DNA of 34,385 nucleotides from Mariprofundaceae bacterium (GTDB lineage Bacteria; Pseudomonadota; Zetaproteobacteria; Mariprofundales; J009): positions 1 through 34,385 of the forward strand of contig WFMN01000145.1 in assembly GCA_015489095.1 (NCBI GenBank), read 5' to 3'. The position numbers and the translations under genes were made by a program. Every line of letters starts with the position of its first letter. Positions within the stretch are counted from its first letter, which is position 1. Shown in pieces: positions 27,467-34,385 of the stretch. The notes below the pieces were generated by a model, which searched no databases, was not told the DNA's origin, and saw only the letters and a list, made by a program, of their open reading frames with translations.

Positions 27467-29053
27467 CTACCCCCCGATCCGGATCAGGCGCGCCAGCGAA
27501 ATCGCCTCCAGCGCCGCCAACTCCTCCAGCACCGCATCATCGGGAATCGAATCGACGCTCACCAGCGCCACCGCCCTCCGGTCATCGCCATGCCGCCCCA
27601 GACGGAAATCGCCGATATTGATACCCGCCTTGGCCAACACCGCGCCGACACCGGCGATCACACCGGGCTGATCACGGTTTTCCAGAAAGATCATCGAGCC
27701 GCGCGGCTCCATCTCCAGCTCACAACCATCCACCGTCACCAAGCGCGGACGGCAGCCGTCGAAGACCACCCCCTCCACGCAGCGGTAGCCGTCATCGCCC
27801 TCCACTTCCACCCGGATCAGGCTGGAAAAGTGGTCGCTGCCATCGCGTGCCACCTCCGCCACCTCGATGCCGCGATCGCGGGCGATCACGCCGGCGTTGA
27901 CCGCGTTCACCTGCTCAAAGCTGTGCGACAACAGCCCCTGCAGAATGGCATTGACCAGCGGTTTGCGGTTCATCCCCGCCACATTGCCCTCGAAGTGGAT
28001 CGCCACCCGGTTGTAGCCCGGCAGCATCACCTGACCGAGAAATTCGCCCATCCGTTCGCAGAGATCGGCAAAGGGGCCGAGCTCACGCGCCTCATCCTCG
28101 GTGAGCGACGGCACATTGATGGCGTTTTTCACCGTCGATTGCAGCAGATAGTCGGCCATCTGCTCCGCCACTTGAATCGCCACATTCTCCTGCGCCTCGT
28201 CGGTCGAGGCTCCGATATGCGGCGTAAAGGTGACATTCTCCAATGCAAACAGCTTGTTGTCGCGCGCAGGCTCCCGCGCATAGACATCGAGCGCCGCCGC
28301 CCGCAGATGGCCCGACTTGCAGGCCTCATAAAGCGCATCCTCATCGACAATGCCGCCACGGGCGCAGTTGATCAGAATCGCCCCCTTCTTCATCCGCGCT
28401 AGGATATCGGCGTCGATCAGGTTGCGGGTCGCATCGAGCAGCGGCACATGGATGGTGAGCACATCGACCAGTTCCGCCAGCGCGGCGACCGTCTCCACCT
28501 TGGTCACCCCCATCGCCTCGGCACGCTCCTGCGAGATGAAGGGGTCATAAACAAACACCGTCATGTGCAGCCCGCGCAGGCGGTCACAGACGATAGCGCC
28601 GATGTTGCCGGCGCCGATCACCCCCGCCTTTTTGCCGGTCAACTCCATCCCCATGAAGCGGGACTTCTCCCACTTGCCGGCGCGGGTAGAGGCATCGGCC
28701 TGCGGGATCATCCGCGCCGCCGACACCAGATGGGCGATCGCCAGCTCCGCGGTGGTCACCGTGTTGCCGAACGGGGTGTTCATCACCACCACCCCGCGGC
28801 GCGAACAGGCCTCGACATCGATGTTATCGACCCCAATCCCGGCGCGGCCGATCACCTTCACCCTGGTGGCGGCATCCAGCAGCGCCCCGCGCAGGGTGGT
28901 GGAGGAGCGCACGGCGATCCCGTCGTAGTCGCCGGCAATGGCGAGCTTCTCCGCCTCCGACAGCCCCGGCTTGTAATCGACCTCCACCCCGCGGCGGCGA
29001 AACACCTCCACCGCCTGCGCGCTCATCTTATCGGCAATCCACACCTTGGCCAT
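27467..29053 (-). CDS. serA: D-3-phosphoglycerate dehydrogenase (long form with ASB/ACT domains)
   Basis: 528 aa. It has a 2-hydroxyacid dehydrogenase core (GKKAGVIGAGNIGAIV, ...NCARGGIVDE..., TPHIGAST) and a C-terminal ACT (...PGVIAGVGAVLAKAGINI). Confidence 0.93.
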   Translation of the reverse strand: MAKVWIADKMSAQAVEVFRRRGVEVDYKPGLSEAEKLAIAGDYDGIAVRSSTTLRGALLDAATRVKVIGRAGIGVDNIDVEACSRRGVVVMNTPFGNTVTTAELAIAHLVSAARMIPQADASTRAGKWEKSRFMGMELTGKKAGVIGAGNIGAIVCDRLRGLHMTVFVYDPFISQERAEAMGVTKVETVAALAELVDVLTIHVPLLDATRNLIDADILARMKKGAILINCARGGIVDEDALYEACKSGHLRAAALDVYAREPARDNKLFALENVTFTPHIGASTDEAQENVAIQVAEQMADYLLQSTVKNAINVPSLTEDEARELGPFADLCERMGEFLGQVMLPGYNRVAIHFEGNVAGMNRKPLVNAILQGLLSHSFEQVNAVNAGVIARDRGIEVAEVARDGSDHFSSLIRVEVEGDDGYRCVEGVVFDGCRPRLVTVDGCELEMEPRGSMIFLENRDQPGVIAGVGAVLAKAGINIGDFRLGRHGDDRRAVALVSVDSIPDDAVLEELAALEAISLARLIRIGG

Positions 29054-29058
29054 GGTGG

Positions 29059-30216
29059 TTACACCTTATCGAAACGGTCAGCCAGCACCCGCTGCGCCGC
29101 CGCCACGCCCGCGCCCATGGTCACCTCGGCACCAAAGCGGTCGAGCGCGATCTCGATGGCGCTGATCGCGGTAATGATATCAAACAGATCGTAGTAGCCC
29201 AGATGCGCCACCCGCACGATCTTGCCCTTCAAGTGATCCTGCCCGCCGGCGAAGGTGACCCCCATGGTGTCGCGCAGATACTTCACAAAGGCGGCGCCAT
29301 CCACCCCCTCGGGCACGAAGGCGCCGGTGGCGGAGGTGGCCGGGGCGGAGGAGACCAGCTTCATGCCCAGCGCCGTCAAGCCGGCGCGGGTCGCCTTCGC
29401 CAGCAGCGCATGACGGGCGTAGAGCGCCGCCATCCCCTCCTCTCGCATCATCTTCAACACCTCGTTGAGGCCGATAATCAGCGAGGCCGCCGGCGTCCAC
29501 GCGGTGGTATCCTTCCCCTTCATCTGGCTTTTGCGTTCGGTGGCGAGGTCGAAATAGAAGGTGCTGCACGAGGCGGACTCCGCCAGCTTCCAGTATTTCT
29601 CCGAGCAGGCGATCATCGCCAGCCCCGGCGGCAGCATGAACGCCTTCTGCGAGCCGGAGATCACCACATCCAGCCCCCAGTCGTCCATCGGCATGTCGAT
29701 CACACCTAGGGCGGTAATGGCATCGACCACGGTGACGCAGCCATCCATCTTCGCCGTCAGCGCGGCGATCTCGCGGATGGGATGCTCGGTGGTGGTGGAG
29801 GTCTCCGACGCCTGCACAAACACACCCTTGGCCTCAGGGTGGTCGGCCAGCGCGGCGGCGACGGCATCGACCGACACTGCGCTGCCCCACTCCACCTTGA
29901 TCTCGACCGCGCGCACGCCGTGCTTGGCAGCGATCTTGCCCCAGCGCTCGCCGAACTTGCCACCATTGACATAGATGATGGTGTCGCCGGGCGAACAGAG
30001 GTTGACTACCGACGCCTCCATCGCTCCGGAGCCGGAGGAGGCGAGCATCAGCGCGTCATTCTTGGTCTGGAACACCTCCTCGAGCATCTGTTTGGTCTCG
30101 GCAAAGATGGCCGAAAACTGCGGCGTGCGGTGGTGGATCATCGGCTGTGCCATGCGCAACAGCACGCGCTCGGGAACAGCGGTAGGACCGGGTGAAAGCA
30201 GGTATTGTTTGATCAA
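29059..30216 (-). CDS. Class V PLP aminotransferase (serine-glyoxylate / alternative phosphoserine aminotransferase type)
   Basis: LLSPGPTAVPERVL...SGSGAMEA...DAITALG...VISGSQKAFMLPPG (PLP-Lys). TTG start at 30216 with GGAGA 6 nt upstream, and an in-frame TAG just upstream. Directly precedes serA. Confidence 0.85.
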   Translation of the reverse strand: MIKQYLLSPGPTAVPERVLLRMAQPMIHHRTPQFSAIFAETKQMLEEVFQTKNDALMLASSGSGAMEASVVNLCSPGDTIIYVNGGKFGERWGKIAAKHGVRAVEIKVEWGSAVSVDAVAAALADHPEAKGVFVQASETSTTTEHPIREIAALTAKMDGCVTVVDAITALGVIDMPMDDWGLDVVISGSQKAFMLPPGLAMIACSEKYWKLAESASCSTFYFDLATERKSQMKGKDTTAWTPAASLIIGLNEVLKMMREEGMAALYARHALLAKATRAGLTALGMKLVSSAPATSATGAFVPEGVDGAAFVKYLRDTMGVTFAGGQDHLKGKIVRVAHLGYYDLFDIITAISAIEIALDRFGAEVTMGAGVAAAQRVLADRFDKV

Positions 30217-30298
30217 CGAACATCTCCATTTTGAAATCTAGAATCAGGGTTGCGCATGGTAAGAGACGCCGGTTGCAATGCAAACGGGGCATCGCGGC

Positions 30299-30438
30299 CA
30301 TGGAGGGGTACGGCTGTAGGAGCGGTTTCCAACCGCGAATGATCGTGACCATGGAGGGCTACGGCTGTAGGAGCGGTTTCCAACCGCGAATGATCGTGAC
30401 CACGGACGGGTTCGGGGAAAGGATTCCCCTCCTACAGG
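30299..30438 (+). repeat. REP cluster, copy D: 51-bp REP1-containing unit duplicated in tandem, then an inverted REP2
   Basis: 30299-30349 and 30350-30400 are identical except for one base (CCATGGAGGG[G/C]TACGGCTGTAGGAGCGGTTTCCAACCGCGAATGATCGTGA). They are followed by CCACGGACGGGTTCGGGGAAAGGATTCCCCTCCTACAGG. The arrangement is tail-to-tail, unlike copies A and C. Confidence 0.9.
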
Positions 30439-30449
30439 TTGCCGGCGCG

Positions 30450-31808
30450 CTAGCCCCCCTCCTTCAGCCCCAGCTTCTGCAGGCGGTAGCGGATTGAGCG
30501 AAAGCTGATTCCCAGCAGTTTGGCCGCCTTGGTCGCGTTCCCCCCGCTCTCGTGCATCGCCTGTTGCAGCAGCTCGCGCTCGATGCGCGCCATCCAGACA
30601 TCGAGATCGACTCCCGACTCGCGAAACGCCGCCAGCGACAAATCGCTCGGCATCCCAGAGCCGGAGAGATCCTCGATCAGGCTCAGATCCAGCTCCCCCT
30701 CGTCGGAGAGCGCCACCAGCCGCTGCAGCATGTTTTCTAGCTCGCGCACATTGCCCGGCATCGGCAGTTTCGCCACCTTGTCCACCAACGCCTTCGGCGC
30801 GGGACGCTCCGCCTCGCCGGTGATGCGCGCCAACAGCTTGCTGATCAGCAGCGGCAGATCGTCGGTACGCTGGCGCAGCGGCGGCAGATGCACCGGCACC
30901 ACATTGAGGCGGTAGAAGAGATCCTCGCGGAAGTTCCCCCGCTTCACCTCGGCGTCGAGGTCGCGATTGGTGGCGGCGATGACCCGCACATCCACCTTGC
31001 GCTCCACCTGCTCACCCACCCGGCGCACACTGTGCTCCTGCAGCACGCGCAGCAGCTTCACCTGCGCCGACAGCGGCATCTCCCCCACCTCATCGAGAAA
31101 CAGCGTTCCGCCGTTGGCGGCCTCCACCAGCCCCTCCCTCTCCCGATCGGCGCCGGTAAAGGCGCCCTTGCAGTAGCCGAACAGCTCCGCCTCGAACAGC
31201 GCTTCGGGAATCGCCGCGCAGTGCACCGGCACCAGCGGCCCCGTGGCACGGGCGGAGGCGGCATGGACAAAACGGGCGCAAAGCTCCTTGCCCGTGCCCG
31301 ACTCCCCGCTGATCAACACCGTGAAATCGCGCCTAGCCGCCCGCAGCAACCGCTCGCGCACCCGTTGCATCGGCAGCGAGTCGCCCAGCAGCATCCCGCG
31401 ATCGCCCTCCCGCGGCGCGACCTCCTCCTCGGGGGCACCCTCCTGGCGCAGATGCGCCAACGCCCGCTCGATCGCCTGCCCCAGATCATCGGCGGAGACT
31501 GGCTTGGTCAGGTAATCAAACGCCCCCATCTTCATCGCCTGTACCGCGGTGTCGGCGCTGGCGTAGGCGGTGAGCAGAATCACCCGGGTCGCCTCGCACC
31601 CCGCCACCCGCTTGACCACCTTGAGGCCGGAATCGGCCTCCTCCATGCGCAGATCGGTCACCACCACATCGAACGGCCGCCGATCCAGCGCCGCCAACGC
31701 CTCACCCACCCCGCCACACTGGGTAACACGGTGTCCGCGCTGCTCAAGGCTTAACGACATCACCAGCCGCGCGTTGGCCTCGTCGTCCACCAGCAACAGA
31801 TCAGCCAT
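30450..31808 (-). CDS. Sigma-54-dependent response regulator (NtrC/PilR family)
   Basis: REC domain ([11 protein letters not shown]...VVTDLRM), AAA+ Walker [15 protein letters not shown] motif, and a C-terminal Fis-type HTH ([20 protein letters not shown]). 452 aa. Confidence 0.92.
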   Translation of the reverse strand: MADLLLVDDEANARLVMSLSLEQRGHRVTQCGGVGEALAALDRRPFDVVVTDLRMEEADSGLKVVKRVAGCEATRVILLTAYASADTAVQAMKMGAFDYLTKPVSADDLGQAIERALAHLRQEGAPEEEVAPREGDRGMLLGDSLPMQRVRERLLRAARRDFTVLISGESGTGKELCARFVHAASARATGPLVPVHCAAIPEALFEAELFGYCKGAFTGADREREGLVEAANGGTLFLDEVGEMPLSAQVKLLRVLQEHSVRRVGEQVERKVDVRVIAATNRDLDAEVKRGNFREDLFYRLNVVPVHLPPLRQRTDDLPLLISKLLARITGEAERPAPKALVDKVAKLPMPGNVRELENMLQRLVALSDEGELDLSLIEDLSGSGMPSDLSLAAFRESGVDLDVWMARIERELLQQAMHESGGNATKAAKLLGISFRSIRYRLQKLGLKEGG

Positions 31809-33069
31809 CGTTGCACACCCCCGTTACCACGAATCTCGCCCCGCCGTCGCGGTTCTCCACCCGCACCTGCCAGCCGTTGGCGTCACACACCTGCTTCACC
31901 ATCGCCAGCCCCAGCCCGGTGCCCGACTTTCGGCCGGTCACAAACGGTTCAAACAGCTTCGGCATCATCTCCATGCTGATGCCGCCCCCCTGATCCTGCA
32001 CCACCAACTCCCACCTTTTTCCCTGCAACGGACGCATCGAGATACGCACCTCGCTTCCGGGGCTGGCGTGGAGCAACGCGTTGCGCAGCAGGTTGTCCAC
32101 CACTAGGCGAAAGTGGTCGGCATCCACCATACACTCCGTCACCGCGCAATCAATGGTCACCGTCACCGCGTCATCAGCCGTCATCTGCGCCAACGACGCC
32201 GCAAGCAGCGCCTCCGGGTTGCACGGCTCGGACGAGGGCTGAAGCGGGCTGGCATACTGCAACATCGAGGTAACCAAGCGGTTGAGCCGCTCCACCTCCT
32301 GATGGATCGCCGTTTGCAACTGCGTCATCACCGCCGGCGGGCTGTTGCCCAGCAACTCCACCGCCTGCCCGATCGTCTGCAACGGGTTGCGTATCTCATG
32401 CGCCAGCATCGCCGCCATCGACCCCAGTGCCGCCAGCTTCTCCTGTGCCACCAGCCGCCGCACCACCTCATCGTACTGCACCTGCACCTGCGCGCGCCCC
32501 TGCTCCGCCGCCTGATGGGCGTGCCGCAGCCGAGAATGGCGTTCGACCACCGCCGCGATCACCCCGCCGACCAGAAAGAGCAACGACACCTGCAACAGGA
32601 TATGGAGTGGAGAGAGCGGCGCCATCGAGAGATGCAGCCACCACGCCGTGGCGTAAGCGGAAAGCACAAACCCCGCCGCCGCCACCACGGTGAGTGCGAG
32701 CACCATCACCCGGTTGCAAAAGGGTGCCGCCGCGATCAACACCAGCGCGAACAGCCCCGGAAACGGGCTGAGCAGCCCGCCGGTTGCCGTCATCAATAGC
32801 GTGATCAGCACCATATCAACCACAAAGGTGAGCCCCACCCGCGACGAGAGCGGCCACGGCAGATAGGCCTGCAACAGCCACTGCATCGGCAGCAGCAGCG
32901 GCACCAGCAGGTAGAAAAGCGCCGGCGCATGGGGGTCGATCAGTAGCATCTGATCGCGGAAGGTGGCGATCAACACCATCACCAGCACCACCACTGCCAC
33001 CCGCAGCACCATCAACCGCCGCAGCGCGCGCAGTTCGTTCTCCTTTTCAGCCGGTTGGATGCTGTTCAA
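31801..33069 (-). CDS. Sensor histidine kinase with polytopic (PilS-like) membrane domain, partner of the NtrC-family regulator
   Basis: ~6 hydrophobic helices, H-box MLAHEIRNPLQ, N-box VDNLLRNALLHA, G-box GTGLGLAMVK. The start is uncertain: TTG 33069 overlaps the tsaD stop, and ATG 33012 is an alternative. The first 180 aa of the track ORF overlap tsaD and are Arg/Gly/Pro junk. Confidence 0.85.
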   Translation of the reverse strand: MNSIQPAEKENELRALRRLMVLRVAVVVLVMVLIATFRDQMLLIDPHAPALFYLLVPLLLPMQWLLQAYLPWPLSSRVGLTFVVDMVLITLLMTATGGLLSPFPGLFALVLIAAAPFCNRVMVLALTVVAAAGFVLSAYATAWWLHLSMAPLSPLHILLQVSLLFLVGGVIAAVVERHSRLRHAHQAAEQGRAQVQVQYDEVVRRLVAQEKLAALGSMAAMLAHEIRNPLQTIGQAVELLGNSPPAVMTQLQTAIHQEVERLNRLVTSMLQYASPLQPSSEPCNPEALLAASLAQMTADDAVTVTIDCAVTECMVDADHFRLVVDNLLRNALLHASPGSEVRISMRPLQGKRWELVVQDQGGGISMEMMPKLFEPFVTGRKSGTGLGLAMVKQVCDANGWQVRVENRDGGARFVVTGVCNDG

Positions 33070-34109
33070 ACCGTTCCAGCTACAACCGAGTCGAGCGGCC
33101 AACGGGCGCGTGCGTCCCAACGATCGCGGGCGGGGATGGGCAGCCCTTGGCGATGCCGCAGCCACGCGGCGTAGGCGATCATCGCCGCGTTGTCGGTACA
33201 GTGGCTTCCCCGCGGCAGATGGAGGCGCACCCCCTGCCGGCCACAGCGCGCGGCCAGCATCTCCCGCAGCCGCCGGTTGGCGGCCACCCCGCCGGCGATC
33301 ACCAGATCGTCCACCCCCTGCTGGCGGCAGGCCGCCAGCGCCTTGGTCGCCAACACCTCGCAGATCGCCTGCTGCAACGAGGCCGCCACATCCGCCACCC
33401 CGTCGGCTGAGGCCAGCAGATCGGGTTGGTCGCGCAGCAGGTAGGCGACAGCGGTTTTCAGGCCGGAAAAACTGAAATGGAGATTGGGCTTGCGCAGCAT
33501 CGGACGGGGAAAGGCGAAACGCGCGGCCTCCCCCCGTGCCGCCGCATCGGCGATCGCGGGGCCTCCGGGATAGCCAAGCCCCAACATCCGCGCGCACTTG
33601 TCGAAGCACTCGCCGGCGGCGTCATCCACCGTCTGGCCGAGCAGCCGGTAGCGGCCGACACCATCGACCCGTACCAGCAGGGTATGGCCGCCGGAGACCA
33701 GCAGCGTCACCGAGGGCTGTGGCAATGGATCGCCCCCGATCCCCGCCGCCAGCAGATGCCCCTCAAGGTGGTGCACGGGAATCAGCGGCAGCCCGCTTGC
33801 CGCCGCAAGGCCACGGGCGTAGGAGACCCCAACCAGCAGCGCCCCCATCAGCCCGGGTCCTGCGGTGACGGCGATGGCATCGATATCGCGCCAATCGCGG
33901 CGGCAATCCACCAGCAACGCCTCCACCATCGGCGGCAGCGCGCGCAGGTGTTCGCGCGAGGCAAGCTCCGGCACCACCCCGCCAAAACGGGCATGTAGCG
34001 CGACCTGCGAGGCGATGCGCTCGCCGATCAGGGTCGCCTGCCGCCCCGCTCCCGCGAGCAGCGCCACCGCGCTCTCGTCACACGAGGTTTCAATGGCGAG
34101 GATGTTCAT
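33066..34109 (-). CDS. tsaD: tRNA N6-adenosine threonylcarbamoyltransferase
   Basis: MNILAIETSCDESAVALL...VVPELASREH...GPGLMGALLVGVS...VHHLEGHLLA...LLVSGGHT...GGVAAN. This is canonical Kae1/TsaD. 347 aa. Confidence 0.93.
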   Translation of the reverse strand: MNILAIETSCDESAVALLAGAGRQATLIGERIASQVALHARFGGVVPELASREHLRALPPMVEALLVDCRRDWRDIDAIAVTAGPGLMGALLVGVSYARGLAAASGLPLIPVHHLEGHLLAAGIGGDPLPQPSVTLLVSGGHTLLVRVDGVGRYRLLGQTVDDAAGECFDKCARMLGLGYPGGPAIADAAARGEAARFAFPRPMLRKPNLHFSFSGLKTAVAYLLRDQPDLLASADGVADVAASLQQAICEVLATKALAACRQQGVDDLVIAGGVAANRRLREMLAARCGRQGVRLHLPRGSHCTDNAAMIAYAAWLRHRQGLPIPARDRWDARARWPLDSVVAGTV

Positions 34110-34127
34110 CTTGGTCGGTGGGTGATG

Positions 34128-34385
34128 TTTTTACCACGGAGGCACGGAGAGCACGGAGGGAAAAAGGTCATTCCGGCCTCCGAGCCGGAATCCATCCCAT
34201 CCGGCACCTTGGTGGATACCGGCCTGCGCCGGTATGACGGTTTTCACCGCGGAGGCGCGGAGAGCGCGGAGGGAAAGGGAAAGTCATTCCGGCCTCCGAG
34301 CCGGAATCCATCCCATCCGGCACCTTGGTGGATACCGGCCTGCGCCGGTATGACGGTTTTCACCGCGGAGGCGCGGAGAGCGCGG
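34128..34385. repeat. Tandem array of a 112-116 bp unit (2 full copies plus a partial copy), continuing past the window end
   Basis: Units are 34129-34240, 34241-34356 and 34357-end. The last ~75 nt of each full unit are identical. They carry hairpins ATTCCGGC-ctccga-GCCGGAAT and ATACCGGC-ctgc-GCCGGTAT. The 5' part of each unit holds three 8-mer sub-repeats ([A/G]CACGGAG or [A/G]CGCGGAG). Confidence 0.9.

Noticed and set aside
26561-28402. Very long plus-strand ORF (613 aa). Similar long antisense ORFs occur at 1464..2789, 8617..9444, 12842..13750, 17066..18319, 20896..21831, 22464..23789, 24296..25084, 25057..25791, 30888..31754 and 32113..32799.
   Set aside because: All lie antisense to genes with unmistakable family signatures (hisZ/serA, permease, glnD, thiC, metH, rmuC, bioA and others). 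Their translations are Arg/His/Gln/Pro-rich low-complexity strings with no recognisable motifs. This is the usual stop-codon-poor antisense frame of GC-rich DNA.
31801-33609. N-terminal extensions of track ORFs: 31801..33609, 745..2223, 6781..9570, 9101..10411, 2533..3591, 26062..26631 and 5177..5986.
   Set aside because: The extended parts overlap the neighbouring, well-supported gene or a REP element and are compositional junk. The family-typical N-termini begin at internal start codons located just after the upstream gene's stop, so I trimmed them.
34128-34385. Possibility that the terminal repeat array is a CRISPR locus.
   Set aside because: The units are 112-116 bp and directly abut each other with no unique spacers. 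No cas genes are nearby.

Overview
GC-rich proteobacterial chromosomal segment, densely packed with core-metabolism and housekeeping genes. I see no rRNA, tRNA, CRISPR array, transposase, integrase or phage genes. About 34 protein genes are supported. Plus strand: psd-pssA, ilvE, an orphan histidine kinase, thiC, a CBS-pair protein, tsaE, metH and a small membrane protein. Minus strand: a partial gnd-like gene, two ABC permeases, thrB, glnD-patatin-MurU-like, a CobS-like protein and ccdA. The minus strand also carries a very compact 10-gene string (30216 down to 20542): class-V aminotransferase, serA, hisZ, HEPN, MNT, cinA-like, bioA, rmuC, radical SAM, cNMP-binding protein. It is followed by tsaD and a sigma-54 two-component pair. 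The supplied ORF track translates GTG/TTG starts as M. In this GC-rich DNA it also contains many long antisense or N-terminally over-extended ORFs, which I trimmed or rejected. I did not find a convincing novel multi-gene system. The observations most worth a second look are these. (1) An orphan intrinsic terminator preceded by a stem-loop displaying a CCUCCUCCC loop in the thrB/psd spacer, a candidate anti-Shine-Dalgarno sRNA or leader. (2) The translationally coupled rmuC / radical-SAM / tandem cNMP-binding trio. (3) A HEPN-MNT toxin-antitoxin pair wedged into a biosynthetic operon. (4) Three intergenic repeat families: GTAG-headed REP/REPIN elements at four loci, a 45-nt element upstream of two unrelated genes, and a 112-116 bp tandem array running off the 3' end. 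(5) Two genes with apparently damaged family signatures, gnd-like and CobS-like. All functional calls rest on my own recognition of motifs in the translations. No database search was run.
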